Shown: one piece after another, positions 62,831-64,000 of the stretch
How positions within the stretch are numbered: position 1 is the first letter of the stretch
Layout of the letters: every line of letters starts with the position of its first letter
Assembly (NCBI GenBank): GCA_964252035.1
Contig: OZ176205.1
Length of the DNA: 64,000 nucleotides
Source: Podarcis erhardii
Taxonomy: Eukaryota
Reading direction: 5' to 3' (one strand)
Position numbers and translations under genes: made by a program
The notes under the pieces: model-generated
What the model saw: the letters and a program-made list of their open reading frames with translations, nothing else
The model's database searches: none
What the model was told of the DNA's origin: nothing

Positions 62831-64000
62831 ACACTGTGCCTATATATTACAACCACTAAACCATTTAGTTCCAGAGAGACTTTAAAGTGCTATACTTCAA
62901 ATTCTTCAGGTCAGAGTTAACAAATGCTTTCAAAACCACGAATTCAAAACAGCTCCTTGACATTCCTAAGTTTTTATTGTGAAAGATCACTGCAAGGGAG
63001 CAATATATCCTTGAAAACAGAAGGGCACACCTTTATGGGAACTGCTCCCAGTTGGGCATTTAAACACCAAACCAGGAATTTGTGAATTGAGTACCATTTG
63101 ATTGTTATACAAAGTCACATAGAAATGTTCTAATCAATGGTAATGGAATAAAACCTGATATTGCTGCAGTGCTTAAAATAATTCAATAATGAAGCTATAA
63201 AGCAAGACAGCCCATTCATTTACTCTGAAGAGAGCGTTTCCTTCTTTCTAAGAAACCTTTCATTGCAAATTTATTACATACATGTATAAATAAATATATG
63301 AGTGTATTATGAACATTCTAAGCTATTGTATCAGTACATGTTCCGTTTATTACCCAATTCATACAACCAACATAACAGCCGAACAGTCAAAATGATTTTC
63401 ATATAAATTACCACAATGGGTGAATATAAATTACCATTCCACCTGCCAGACATCTACACCCAAATCTCTGATAAAATCCTTATCATCACCTGGCAGAAGG
63501 ATACAGAACATCAACCCTAGGATGAGTAATAAAATGCAACTACTAAATTATAACTACTACTAATATCTAAGGACCAATTTGAAGGCTTAAGGCTTGTGAT
63601 TATGCTAAGCTGCAGGTCAAATTCCAAGGGCCTGGAAGCATCAAGCAACTTATGCACAACATGCCAGCCAGCCAGTTTCTATGCTCCTTCCATCTGCCAG
63701 TAGGCAGGGAAGGGGGAAGAAACTCACACACATCTCATGCTTCCTATGTTCAGTGGCATACATGAATGTTCCAAGTATGAGCCTTGCCGCATACAAGATA
63801 CATGACCTCTGAACATTTAATTCATCCCTGAAGTTATCCCACATTGAAATATAACCAAATTGTTTCCTCAACATGAGATTATTTCATCCTCAACCATAAT
63901 CTTTCTGTGATAACAAACAAATCCTAAAATAGGCATAACACCAGACAGCAAGTTTCCAGAATACTCAGTGGTGGCTAGGGCCCAAATTCTGACTTTAAGC

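Overview
Vertebrate (squamate reptile, most likely a lacertid lizard judging from its repeat families) genomic DNA. Nearly the whole window is the RAP1A gene on the minus strand. Six coding exons (23004-22948, 14874-14806, 12894-12838, 11788-11648, 7701-7558, 2330-2244) have canonical GT-AG junctions and join into a complete 555-nt ORF encoding the 184-aa Ras-family GTPase Rap1A, ending [13 protein letters not shown] separate non-coding 3'UTR exon starts at 201 and runs off the left edge. The promoter and first exon are not visible, so 23032-64000 appears to be part of a >41 kb first intron. The introns are full of squamate transposable elements: hAT, Tigger/pogo-like and Tc2-like non-autonomous DNA transposons, Sauria and other tRNA-derived SINEs, L2/CR1/L1/Penelope-like fragments, and microsatellites. 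Almost all entries in the ORF track are chance or repeat-derived frames. I see no new protein-coding system. The most unusual items are at the transposon level: (i) a 1.3 kb Tigger-like element with CpG-island-like cargo and a perfect splice donor in RAP1A orientation; (ii) repeated independent hAT insertions into the same 8-bp site (GTCTACAC) of one SINE family; (iii) tandem arrays, a 62-bp palindrome and fold-backs inside non-autonomous DNA transposons. Repeat family names come from recalled consensus features, not database searches.
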